From positions 21,463-85,462 of the forward strand of contig CAXXPU010000005.1 in the NCBI GenBank assembly GCA_963666875.2: a stretch of 64,000 bases of DNA, in the 5' to 3' direction. Positions within the stretch are counted from its first letter, which is position 1. Each line of letters starts with the position of its first letter. This document shows positions 36,757 through 45,268 of this stretch, piece by piece. Made by a program: the position numbers and the translations under genes. The notes beneath the pieces were generated by a model. It was not told where the DNA came from, did no database searches, and was given only the letters and a program-made list of their open reading frames with translations. The DNA comes from Candidatus Cloacimonadales bacterium. Its GTDB lineage: Bacteria > Cloacimonadota > Cloacimonadia > Cloacimonadales > JAIOQZ01.

Positions 36757-38700
36757 TTAGCATTTCAAATGGTATTTGAAAATTGAAAGTGTTCCTGGGC
36801 TAATGCAAAGGTATCCGAGATTGGGAGTTGTGTCTAAAAGTTTGTCTCTTATAAATATGCGGACTTCATCGGACATATGGAATGCCATTATTATGCCTAG
36901 TGTCATATTAGTATATCTGGAATTGACGAAAAATCCATTCATTCTACCTGACTGGGCTACATCCATTTCAACCTCATCAATTTTTCTGTTCAAATCGATG
37001 AGTTCCTTATAGTGCATATCTAATATCTGCAAACAAATATCTATGCTCACGGGTGAGGCAATATTCGAGAGTTGAACAATGATTTTACCAATGGATTTAT
37101 TGTAGATGATGTCCAATATGCCGTTGGGTACTTGCTTTCCTGGCAACCCCAGTCTTCGAGATAACATAGCAATATCTAGTGATATTGAGCAGGAATCATC
37201 TATACTTATGTGTTCAAACTCGTCTCGTTTATCCCAATTCAGGAAAAAGGACAAGATTGCTCGCTCATAATTCGCGTTTATGCGGTCCTTATTGATGATT
37301 CTCCAGTTTAGATACTTTATGAAGAGAACTGGGATAGTTATCAACTCGGTTAATTCATCAAGGGAAAATAGCTCCAATGGTATAGGATTATGCCCATTCA
37401 TGCTTACATTATTATCAATAAGCTGTTCGGTTAATAGGAGTAGTGAAGGAAAGGGGTCTGAGACTACACATAGGATATAGGTTTTCAAATTCTCTCTATT
37501 TACTTCAGCGTTTATGGTCTTGTTGATTCTTACTTTGGGATCTCTGATCGCATCAGCACACTTAGCTCCTTGAAAGAATGCTTGCTGAACAGCTCTTCCA
37601 AAGTCATTTGCTAAAGCATACCCATCTCCTTGCTTTGCTTCTTTGGTCAATGTTTTAGATTTTGCTTGCAAGATTATGCAGTTATCTCCATATATTACCA
37701 TGACGTCAGCTTCAGCTATCATTTTTTTCTTTGATCCGAAAATGATATTCCTATAAACACATTCTTCACCGAATACTCTTTGTAAAAAAGAATATGACAT
37801 AGTTTCTGTAAATAATCCACGATTCTTCTCGGCGGTGCTTTTGTAGGTTTCATCATTCCTCATCCAAAAAAATGGTGAGGTGTAGGCAGCGATGAATAGA
37901 GTCTGTAACAAGAAGCAGGCGTAAATACCGTTTCCCATCTCAATTATTGGATGAGAATCATGCATATTGTAGCCATGGAATGAATCAAAGGTTCGGCTGA
38001 TAGCATGCCTATCAAGGACAAAACATGATAATATACTTCTAAGCATATCATCGCTGTAGCCAAGTTCATTACTTAGTTCTTTTATGGAGAATTTCAGGCA
38101 ATTCAGCATTTCGAAACGGAGTTTATCATTGTGTGTATCTTGGCGCGCGAGTATGACTTTGTTTTCTTGTATATTCTTGATTGATTTGATTACATTGAGC
38201 ATTTCCTCAATATTAAAATTCATTTTTAAGTTTAACCATGCATTATCATTTTGGTATCTTTTATCTGTGAAATTCTCAAGCTGAAACGATGAAGCAGGAT
38301 CTGGTGCATAGAAAATTGGCTCTCTCAAGTCTTTAGGGGTGTAAATGCTGTCCGATGCGAACGATTGCATTTTATTTTTGAAATCATGTAAGAAATGCAT
38401 TTCATCTAAGAGGGAACGAGTGAGTTGTTCTTGCTCTTGAAAAACAGTAATCGTTGGACGAGTCAAAGATAAGTCGCTCTTGCTAAGTAAACCAACTAGT
38501 ACTGATAGCTCTGTAGGGATTAATCGATTATACATATACATTGGACGTAGGTCATATGGAGTGAGATCGTCGCCGTATGCAAAATAAGTATTCTCTACGC
38601 AGAGTGCTGCTAAAGTATAGGCATATCCAGCTCTCGTGCAGAGTTCTGCAAGTTCGGCAAACACAATTTCTTCGGTACGCATACTTGCCATCCTTTCCAT
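36757..38700 (-). CDS. Orphan 647-aa protein with a central PD-(D/E)xK / Mrr-NERD-like nuclease motif; strongly AT-rich gene
   Basis: A single uninterrupted ORF. Motif RGLFTETMSYSFLQRVFGEECVYRNIIFGSKKKMIAEADVMVIYGDNCIILQAKSKTL (aa 294-351, nt about 37650-37820) fits the pattern G..FE...L...hhh-(E/D)-x-D-h-h-h-x(8-12)-h-h-h-(E/Q)-x-K. I recognise no other domain. Confidence 0.75.
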   Translation of the reverse strand: MERMASMRTEEIVFAELAELCTRAGYAYTLAALCVENTYFAYGDDLTPYDLRPMYMYNRLIPTELSVLVGLLSKSDLSLTRPTITVFQEQEQLTRSLLDEMHFLHDFKNKMQSFASDSIYTPKDLREPIFYAPDPASSFQLENFTDKRYQNDNAWLNLKMNFNIEEMLNVIKSIKNIQENKVILARQDTHNDKLRFEMLNCLKFSIKELSNELGYSDDMLRSILSCFVLDRHAISRTFDSFHGYNMHDSHPIIEMGNGIYACFLLQTLFIAAYTSPFFWMRNDETYKSTAEKNRGLFTETMSYSFLQRVFGEECVYRNIIFGSKKKMIAEADVMVIYGDNCIILQAKSKTLTKEAKQGDGYALANDFGRAVQQAFFQGAKCADAIRDPKVRINKTINAEVNRENLKTYILCVVSDPFPSLLLLTEQLIDNNVSMNGHNPIPLELFSLDELTELITIPVLFIKYLNWRIINKDRINANYERAILSFFLNWDKRDEFEHISIDDSCSISLDIAMLSRRLGLPGKQVPNGILDIIYNKSIGKIIVQLSNIASPVSIDICLQILDMHYKELIDLNRKIDEVEMDVAQSGRMNGFFVNSRYTNMTLGIIMAFHMSDEVRIFIRDKLLDTTPNLGYLCISPGTLSIFKYHLKC

Positions 38701-38728
38701 TTTCCAATCTCAATATATTATGAAAGTG

Positions 38729-39355
38729 TTATCCGTTATCTATCACCAGGTTCGCTCTATACCTCGGGTGTGCTTCGCGGAAGTAGATTTTCTGGCCCGG
38801 GGTGTAACGTTCATGATATCGCTGTTCGAGTTCGTCGGGGGATGCGAAGAGGTGGTTGTCGCGTTTACGAGCGCGCTGGATCACGGTTTCCCACGAGACA
38901 TCCAGAAAGACGGAGTAGTCCCAGTAGGCGATGATTTCCGGTCTGTGCAGGAATACGCCGTCGAAGATGAGAATGGCGTCGTCGGGCGCGGTCTGCCAGG
39001 GTTGGTCTATCTTCTGGTCGGTACGGTAGTCGAACACGGCGGTCTTGAACGGTCTGTTCGCGGGGTGCCTTAGCGGATCGAGCAGGACGTGCTTCAGGGC
39101 ATTGTAGTCGAAAGAGTCGTTGTAATACGATTCAGGCGTGGAACCCTTGTGGTAGCGGATTTCCCTTGGATTGTGGAAGCCGTCGATACTTGATTGGATG
39201 ATGTGGTAATTACGATCCTCGAGCCACAGGGTCAGGTTTCGGGCGAACGTCGTCTTTCCCGCGCAATCGACGCCATCGACTGCGATCAGGAAGGGACGAT
39301 CGAGTGTCCTGCGCGAGAGTTTCTGTTCGATGATCTTGAAGTAGGTTTCCATCAT
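38729..39355 (-). CDS. P-loop nucleoside/nucleotide kinase (uridine kinase / PRK family-like)
   Basis: Walker A in FLIAVDGVDCAGKTTFARNL. The family-level call rests on size (208 aa) and on the ILIFDGVFLHRPE block. Confidence 0.65.
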   Translation of the reverse strand: MMETYFKIIEQKLSRRTLDRPFLIAVDGVDCAGKTTFARNLTLWLEDRNYHIIQSSIDGFHNPREIRYHKGSTPESYYNDSFDYNALKHVLLDPLRHPANRPFKTAVFDYRTDQKIDQPWQTAPDDAILIFDGVFLHRPEIIAYWDYSVFLDVSWETVIQRARKRDNHLFASPDELEQRYHERYTPGQKIYFREAHPRYRANLVIDNG

Positions 39356-39483
39356 TGTACACCGCCTGTGGGGCTTGATCGAGTTAAATGACGCTACGCA
39401 TTACGATTTATATACTATCTGGAAAATCTGTCAATATTAATGAGAATCAATTATTTCTGTACCAACGAGAGGTTTCGCTTGTG

Positions 39484-40278
39484 TCAGCGATATTCCAGCA
39501 CGGTCTGCCAGGCTATCGTTTGCAGGAAGTCGCGCTGTTCGGCGGTGATCTGTTCGTCGTTGACGTACTCCACGCCCACGGGCGATTCGTCGAAGAGGCA
39601 GGCGTAGAACACGCACACTGCCAGGTATGTTCCGTAAACGTTCGGGTGACTGCCATCACCGGAATGCAGGATCAGAAGTGGATTCTCCTCGAGTGAGTTT
39701 TGCCATGCTCTGCCAACTGGACAAACCACCGCATCGAGTTGGACGCCGATCGAGTCGTAGGCTGCTGCAAGTTCTTCGATCATGGCGGGGTCGTTCTGTC
39801 GCGCCCAGGTCATGAAGAAAGCAGTTCCGGAGTCGGCACGGGTAATGACGCTATCCAAAAGCGTGGCATACTGATAGAAGAGTGTCGGATTTTCGACCGG
39901 GCGCGTACTCTGCTCTTGGAGGACAACATAGTCCCAATTGCCGTTGGCGATATCTTCGAGCGTGCTGTCGGTGTTGTAGTGCATTTCCAGTGTGTAGCCG
40001 CCGCCGGTGATCGACTCGGCTTCAAAATGATAATCCGGGTGTGCGGACTCGACGAAGCTCTGAAGGTGCGCCTCGATACCGCCGTTGAAGTACGTATAGC
40101 TGTTGCCGATGAACAGCACGCGCCCGGGATGTTCCGATGTTCCGGCTTCGAATGTTACCTGTTCGATCTCGTCGATGGAATAGGAATCGGAGCTGCCGTC
40201 GATCTTGGTGATGATCATGTTTGTCGCGAATATCGTGGAAAGCCCAATCAAGAGAAAGGCAGAAAGCAGTTTCTTCAT
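39484..40278 (-). CDS. Secreted SGNH/GDSL-like hydrolase (DUF4886-like)
   Basis: Signal peptide MKKLLSAFLLIGLSTIFA. Block I variant VLFIGNSYTYFNGG. C-terminal DGSHPN block (catalytic His context). Confidence 0.6.
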   Translation of the reverse strand: MKKLLSAFLLIGLSTIFATNMIITKIDGSSDSYSIDEIEQVTFEAGTSEHPGRVLFIGNSYTYFNGGIEAHLQSFVESAHPDYHFEAESITGGGYTLEMHYNTDSTLEDIANGNWDYVVLQEQSTRPVENPTLFYQYATLLDSVITRADSGTAFFMTWARQNDPAMIEELAAAYDSIGVQLDAVVCPVGRAWQNSLEENPLLILHSGDGSHPNVYGTYLAVCVFYACLFDESPVGVEYVNDEQITAEQRDFLQTIAWQTVLEYR

Positions 40279-40338
40279 TCTATCTCCATATAAGCTTACC
40301 CGGAAATCGAGTGAAACGATTTCCGGGCAGCATTCCAA

Positions 40339-40519
40339 GTTCATGGTTTCGTTTCCGATGGATCGGAATCCGATTATCCACTAACATAATTCAGATAAAT
40401 CTGAATTACAGCGTTCATGGTTTCGTTTTAACTTCGTCAAAGCCGATTATCCACTAACATAATCCCGATAAATCGGGATTACAGCGTTCATGGTTTCGTT
40501 TTGACTTCGTCAAAGCCGA
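40339..40519 (-). repeat. Family A structured repeat: tandem array of 2.5 units of 73 nt
   Basis: Units at 40374-40446 and 40447-40519, plus a partial unit at 40339-40373. Each unit has two hairpins (for example ATCCCGA-TAAA-TCGGGAT and TTTGAC-TTC-GTCAAA). The array ends 2 nt from the stop of the C10 peptidase gene. Confidence 0.85.
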
Positions 40520-40521
40520 AA

Positions 40522-42792
40522 CTATTTTATCATCATCATTTTGCGGACGAAAGTCTTGTCGGTGGTCCGTAGTTTGTACAGGTAGATACCGGTGGGCATG
40601 GCCTTGCCGGTGTCGCTGTCGCCGTGCCAGACGAGCGAGTGGCTGCCTTCCTCCATGCGACCGTTGACGAGAGTTTTCACCTTCTGTCCCTTGATGTTGA
40701 ACACGTATAGCTCGACGTTCGACGCCTCAGCCAGACTGAAGTCGATGCGCGTTTCCGGATTGAACGGATTCGGGTAGTTGCCTGCGAGCTCGGTCACGAA
40801 TTGCGGCGTGTCCTGGGGATCGCTGGCCTGCGGAGCGTCGATCAGGATATCGACATCACCGATCGTCTCACCGGCGGTCACTTCCACGCCCGTAACGGTC
40901 ACGGGATCCGAATCGGTGTAGTATGCGGTCAGGTCGTAGGTTCCGGCGGGAAGTTCCATCGAATAGATGCCCGAGTCGTTCGTGTGCGCAATGAAATTAC
41001 CGGCGCGAACCACCACGTCTTCGATCGAGCGGCTGTCGTCGAGGGTTATCTGTCCGGTGATGGTGCCGAAGTCGATGGATGTGATCAGTGCGTCGATGCA
41101 GAAGTTGAAGTTCTGGTTCGATGCGAGTTCCGTCCAATTGGTGGAGCCGATGAATGCGCCGCCGCTGACGCGCGGACCGGCGTCGTGCCAGGCGAGGTCG
41201 CCACTTTGAGAATGGATCGCGTAGCCGACGTAATAATCGTTATCCGGATCAATCAGCGCGTAGGGGAGGAATTCGACCTCCAGCCATTCGCCCGATTCGA
41301 AGCTGTCGATCTGCTTCTCCGCGATCATCTGGTTGTTCATCCAGACCTGCGCGGAGATTTCTGCCTCGTTGCTGGAGACTGGCGCTTTGAACCGCATGCC
41401 GCGGATCGCCTGATCTTCGAACGCGGTCAGTTCGGCTTGATCGATTTTGATACCGCAACGGAGCGAGTATTCGATGCCGATCGAGAAGATATCTGCTGGC
41501 GCCTGGCTGTGTCCCGCGCCAATCTTGCCTTCGTAGAATGTGAGATCGATATCCGTGTCCTGGTCGTCTGCCGTGACGGTGAAAGCGGTGCTGCCGAAAT
41601 AGCCGTTTCCCGTGCTGGCGCTGAGTGTGTAATCGCCGGGCAGGATTTCCGGGAAGCTGAAAAAGCCGTTCGCGTCGGCATATACGGTTTCAAGAAGGTT
41701 GCCATCTTCGTAGAGGCAGACACCAGCGCCTTCTGTGGAAACCTCTGCGTTGAGGTTGCCGGTCAGGGCTTCGTAATTGGCGAGGTTGAAATCGATGCTG
41801 GTGGTGTTCTCGTCGATCGTGACCTCGAATTGCTCGTAATAGACGCGGTTTCCGAGAATCGCAGTGGCGAGGTAGGTTCCGGGGAACATGGCAGGGATCT
41901 CGTAAGAGCCGTTAGCGCTTTCCACGTAGGCTTCAAAATCGTACTCGCCCTCGAATCGGATGTATGCGCCGACAGGCGAGCCGCCGTCAACGTTTACGGT
42001 TCCGGAGATCTCGACGGGATGCTCTCCACCCTCAATGTTATAGACCATTCCGGAGATGATGGAGTATCCGCTGGGCATTCCTTCGGGAAGGATATACCAG
42101 CAGGAGCTGTCGGACGATCCCCACCCGAAATTCAAGTGGAAATAGTCGTCGGTGTTGTAACCGTCGCAATTAATGGCATGTCCGGAGTCGTAGTCGGGTG
42201 TATTAATGGATAACTCGACCGGGCGTGCGTATTTCATTTCCTCTTCCAATACGTTGAGGAGCTGGTAGCTATAATCCATGTGCGATGCGGAATCAAAGCC
42301 GAATTTATCGGGCAGTGCGTATGTTACGTACTCGGTCATAGCGCCGCTTCCATCCGAAGCATAGGACATCTGTACGCTGATACCGGCGGCGAAATTCAGC
42401 GCTGCCAGGTCCTGCGAAGTCCAGTCAATCCCCTCTTCGATATGCTCGCCGAGTGTATCGAGGTAGCCGTTGAGTTCTGTGAAGGATGGAAGTCGTTCTC
42501 TTCGTGGTCTCCATCGATGTGTATGCCGTCCCACCATCCTGATACGTACGCGTCCGACTGGTCGAAGGAGGCATCGCCGATCCACTGGTGATAATATATC
42601 AGCATGGACATGGCGGTCGCCACGCAACCTACCACCGAACGCTCTCCGCTGGAATCCAGCGGACACATATCGTTGTAAACACCGGACTGGTTCCAGCGGG
42701 TAAGGAGCCATCCGTCGGTGATTGTGGAACCGTCGGCAGGCCACTGCTGGAAGTCGTCGTCGGGACGATTGGGATTGAATAGCGCATCCCAT
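40522..42792 (-). CDS. Peptidase C10 (streptopain-like), C-terminal reading frame: second half of the catalytic domain, CarboxypepD_reg-like beta domains and a T9SS sorting domain
   Basis: Real coding probably starts near 42495. SFTELNGYLDTL...ISVQMSYASDGSGA...DSGHAINCDGYNTDDYFHLNFGWG carries the catalytic His. Repeated GTY/GDYTL beta-sandwich modules follow. C-terminus NYPNPFNPETRIDFSL...IYLYKLRTTDKTFVRKMMMIK. Confidence 0.8.
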   Translation of the reverse strand: MGCAIQSQSSRRRLPAVACRRFHNHRRMAPYPLEPVRCLQRYVSAGFQRRAFGGRLRGDRHVHADILSPVDRRCLLRPVGRVRIRMVGRHTHRWRPRRERLPSFTELNGYLDTLGEHIEEGIDWTSQDLAALNFAAGISVQMSYASDGSGAMTEYVTYALPDKFGFDSASHMDYSYQLLNVLEEEMKYARPVELSINTPDYDSGHAINCDGYNTDDYFHLNFGWGSSDSSCWYILPEGMPSGYSIISGMVYNIEGGEHPVEISGTVNVDGGSPVGAYIRFEGEYDFEAYVESANGSYEIPAMFPGTYLATAILGNRVYYEQFEVTIDENTTSIDFNLANYEALTGNLNAEVSTEGAGVCLYEDGNLLETVYADANGFFSFPEILPGDYTLSASTGNGYFGSTAFTVTADDQDTDIDLTFYEGKIGAGHSQAPADIFSIGIEYSLRCGIKIDQAELTAFEDQAIRGMRFKAPVSSNEAEISAQVWMNNQMIAEKQIDSFESGEWLEVEFLPYALIDPDNDYYVGYAIHSQSGDLAWHDAGPRVSGGAFIGSTNWTELASNQNFNFCIDALITSIDFGTITGQITLDDSRSIEDVVVRAGNFIAHTNDSGIYSMELPAGTYDLTAYYTDSDPVTVTGVEVTAGETIGDVDILIDAPQASDPQDTPQFVTELAGNYPNPFNPETRIDFSLAEASNVELYVFNIKGQKVKTLVNGRMEEGSHSLVWHGDSDTGKAMPTGIYLYKLRTTDKTFVRKMMMIK

Positions 42793-43187
42793 TCCGGATC
42801 CGTGGATTGATTGCCTTCGACATCAAACCATGCCTTGCGATTGGCGATATCGGTATTGATCATGCTGATCAAAGGATTTTCGCTGTCGTTGATGAACGAA
42901 TGTTTGAATGAATACGCCAGAATCGGCTGTATCCGATCGTCCGCCGGGACGACGATAAATCCTGGATTGTTCAGTTGATAGACGTATGCAGTCTGTTGTT
43001 CCCTCTGAGACAGCGTGATGACCTGCTCAACATTGGCATTATGGTTTCTGAATTCCAGAAATCGCTCAGCCGCTTCCAATCCGCGACTTTCACTTACTGG
43101 AATTGCCAGCAGAATCATGCTGAGTCCCAACAGCACTATTGTAATCGTGATTCTCATTATCCTCTCTCCTCTGTGTAGCTGTAACAT
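42396..43187 (-). CDS. Peptidase C10, N-terminal reading frame: signal peptide, Spi-type prodomain and catalytic Cys
   Basis: MRITITIVLLGLSMILLA (likely start at 43157). Prodomain AAERFLEF...YVYQLNNPGFIVVPADD. WNQSGVYNDMCP...VVGCVATAMSMLIYYHQW carries the catalytic Cys. The frame diverges from the downstream one near 42470-42500. Confidence 0.8.
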   Translation of the reverse strand: MLQLHRGERIMRITITIVLLGLSMILLAIPVSESRGLEAAERFLEFRNHNANVEQVITLSQREQQTAYVYQLNNPGFIVVPADDRIQPILAYSFKHSFINDSENPLISMINTDIANRKAWFDVEGNQSTDPEWDALFNPNRPDDDFQQWPADGSTITDGWLLTRWNQSGVYNDMCPLDSSGERSVVGCVATAMSMLIYYHQWIGDASFDQSDAYVSGWWDGIHIDGDHEENDFHPSQNSTATSIHSASISKRGLTGLRRTWQR

Positions 43188-43272
43188 TTCATTACTATAT
43201 GATGCATGTTTCGTTCCAGTTTCTCGATTTTACTGTTTGACAAATCCCGTCATGCTTCTGCAATCTGCCGTC

Positions 43273-43640
43273 ATGAGAAACGCAGTACTCGCAGTAATTC
43301 TGATTTCATTGCTGATCGGCTGTTCGGCAGATAAACAGCAATATCCGGATCGCAAGCCCAAGAGCGGGCAGTGGATCGATCCGCAGACGAACGTACGCTT
43401 CACGCTCGAAGAGAAGGACGGGGAGATCACTGTGACCGCCGCGAAGGACATGGACGATCGGAGGAACTGGTGATTCTGGAATCGGTGTTCGAGTTGGGCG
43501 TATTGCGCTGGAGTTATTATATCCCGACGACGAAATTCACGGTTCGCTGTCGTACGCTTGAATATTCCGACGATACGATGAGAATAAGCTGGGAAAACGA
43601 TGTGATGAAAGGGGTGGAGGTACTAAAGCGCTTGAAGTGA
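43273..43640 (+). pseudogene. Small lipoprotein, apparently split by a frameshift near 43450-43470
   Basis: MRNAVLAVILISLLIGCSADKQ has a lipobox. The frame stops at 43471-43473, while a second frame continues EELVILESVFELGVLRWSYYIP...VLKRLK to 43640. No homolog is recognised, so the join is tentative. Confidence 0.35.
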
Positions 43641-44111
43641 TCAATCTTCTTTCATGTCCTTGCCGTCTGCGTCGATCATATCTTCTTCGTATTCTGTCAC
43701 TTCTTCCATTCTGTTTCCGATCATTAAATCCTGTTTCATCATGCCGCGGTCAAACCAGAGATCGTAGAGCAACTCTCCCGAATCATCCCATCCGCGAAAT
43801 CGCCCGTTCAGCATACCATCGAGATACGATGCCTCCAGTTCTTTAGCGCCGTCTGGAAAAAAGGCGATCATCGTGCCGTTTTTAAGTCCGTTGTGATACT
43901 GGCAGATAGAAGCTGTTTTCCCATCGGGGTATTCACTGATGGCGGTGCCAGTAAACGGCTGTTCGTGGAGGAAAGCCGTTTCGCCCACCATGGAAAGCGA
44001 ATTTTTCTGGGCTGCATGATCCAGATCGAAATCGCCTACCGCAGTACTTTCATCATCCGCCAGAAGCATGGATGCTGTAACGAGCAATAAAAACAAGACT
44101 CGAATAATCAT
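43641..44111 (-). CDS. MORN-repeat-variant protein (YwqK-like), secreted
   Basis: Signal peptide MIIRVLFLLLVTASMLLA. Repeats of the G.K.G....F..DG-type pattern (YPDGKTASICQYHNGLKNGTMIAFFPDGAKELEASYLDGMLNGRFRGWDDSG). Confidence 0.7.
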   Translation of the reverse strand: MIIRVLFLLLVTASMLLADDESTAVGDFDLDHAAQKNSLSMVGETAFLHEQPFTGTAISEYPDGKTASICQYHNGLKNGTMIAFFPDGAKELEASYLDGMLNGRFRGWDDSGELLYDLWFDRGMMKQDLMIGNRMEEVTEYEEDMIDADGKDMKED

Positions 44112-44258
44112 AGAGAATCCTTATCGCTATTCTATAGAAAAAATAGTGTTCCCAGAATGCCCTGGCAACGAAATCAAATCCTTGATCAAGAAATACTTGA
44201 CATACGCAGTCTGTCCAGAGATTTAAAACCCTGTATGCACATATTCCCGGGAGGTAAA

Positions 44259-45161
44259 ATGCAAGTCAAAGTCCTTGATGATCTCATTACATTAGCCAAG
44301 AACAACCCCAGAAAGCGTTTGGTCGTGGCATATGGTCAGGATCCCAATACGATCGGTGCGGTGCAGGCAGCTGCAGAGATGAATATCGTTGATGTGACGC
44401 TGGTGGGCGATCTGGAGAAAATTCATGCTCTATGTAAAGAGCGCTCCATTGATCCTGAGATTTTTGAAATAGCCCATGAACCGGACGAGCAGGAAGCAGG
44501 TAACACCGCAGTGAGAATGGTCAACGAGGGGAAGGCCGACTTCATCATGAAGGGGTTGATCAGTACCGATAAATACATGCGCTCGATTCTGAACAAAGAG
44601 TACGGGTTGCTTTCTCCAGGCGCGATTCTTTCTCATATTTCTGTCGTGGAAGTTCCAGCGTACCATAAACTTCTGATCATCGGTGATGTGGCGGTCATTC
44701 CAGAACCGGACTTGAACCAGAAAATCGCGATTACAAAGTATCTTATCGCTGCTGCACACGCGATTGGTATCGAGAAACCGAAGGTTGCGATCGTCGCGGC
44801 GACAGAGAAAGCCAATCCGAAGATGAAGGCTTGTGTCGATGCCTCGATCATATCGAAAATGGCTGACAGAGGTCAGATCAAAGGCGCATTCGTAGACGGT
44901 CCGCTGGCGCTTGATGCAGCGATCGATCCCGAAAGTTGCGAGATCAAGGGCATCACGGGTGATGTTGCCGGCGACGCGGATTGCCTCGTTTTCCCCGATA
45001 TTGAGAGTGGAAATATCTTCTATAAATCGATGACCAAGCTTGCCAATTCCGAGCTTGCGGCGATCGTTACCGGCGCGAATAAACCGGCCATTCTCAGCTC
45101 ACGCGGCGACAGCGAGAAGACGAAACTATATTCGATTACACTGGCAGCGATTATGTCGTAA
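44259..45161 (+). CDS. ptb: Phosphate butyryltransferase / phosphate acyltransferase (PTA_PTB family)
   Basis: LITLAKNNPRKRLVVAYGQDPNTIGAVQAAAEMNIVDVTLVGD, ADFIMKGLISTD, VFPDIESGNIFYK. The ATG at 44259 follows GGAGG. Confidence 0.85.
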   Translation: MQVKVLDDLITLAKNNPRKRLVVAYGQDPNTIGAVQAAAEMNIVDVTLVGDLEKIHALCKERSIDPEIFEIAHEPDEQEAGNTAVRMVNEGKADFIMKGLISTDKYMRSILNKEYGLLSPGAILSHISVVEVPAYHKLLIIGDVAVIPEPDLNQKIAITKYLIAAAHAIGIEKPKVAIVAATEKANPKMKACVDASIISKMADRGQIKGAFVDGPLALDAAIDPESCEIKGITGDVAGDADCLVFPDIESGNIFYKSMTKLANSELAAIVTGANKPAILSSRGDSEKTKLYSITLAAIMS

Positions 45162-45176
45162 TCTGTTTTTTTTCTT

Positions 45177-45211
45177 ACCATCCCCTCATTGAAGGGGATG
45201 GTTTTTTTTTT
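45177..45211 (+). terminator. Rho-independent terminator of ptb
   Basis: CCATCCCCT-CATTGA-AGGGGATGG followed by eleven T. Confidence 0.85.
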
Positions 45212-45268
45212 TATTGCTTTTTTCTGCTCTCTATTTGTATACTGCCTCAAAAACTCCGGGGGATTTGA

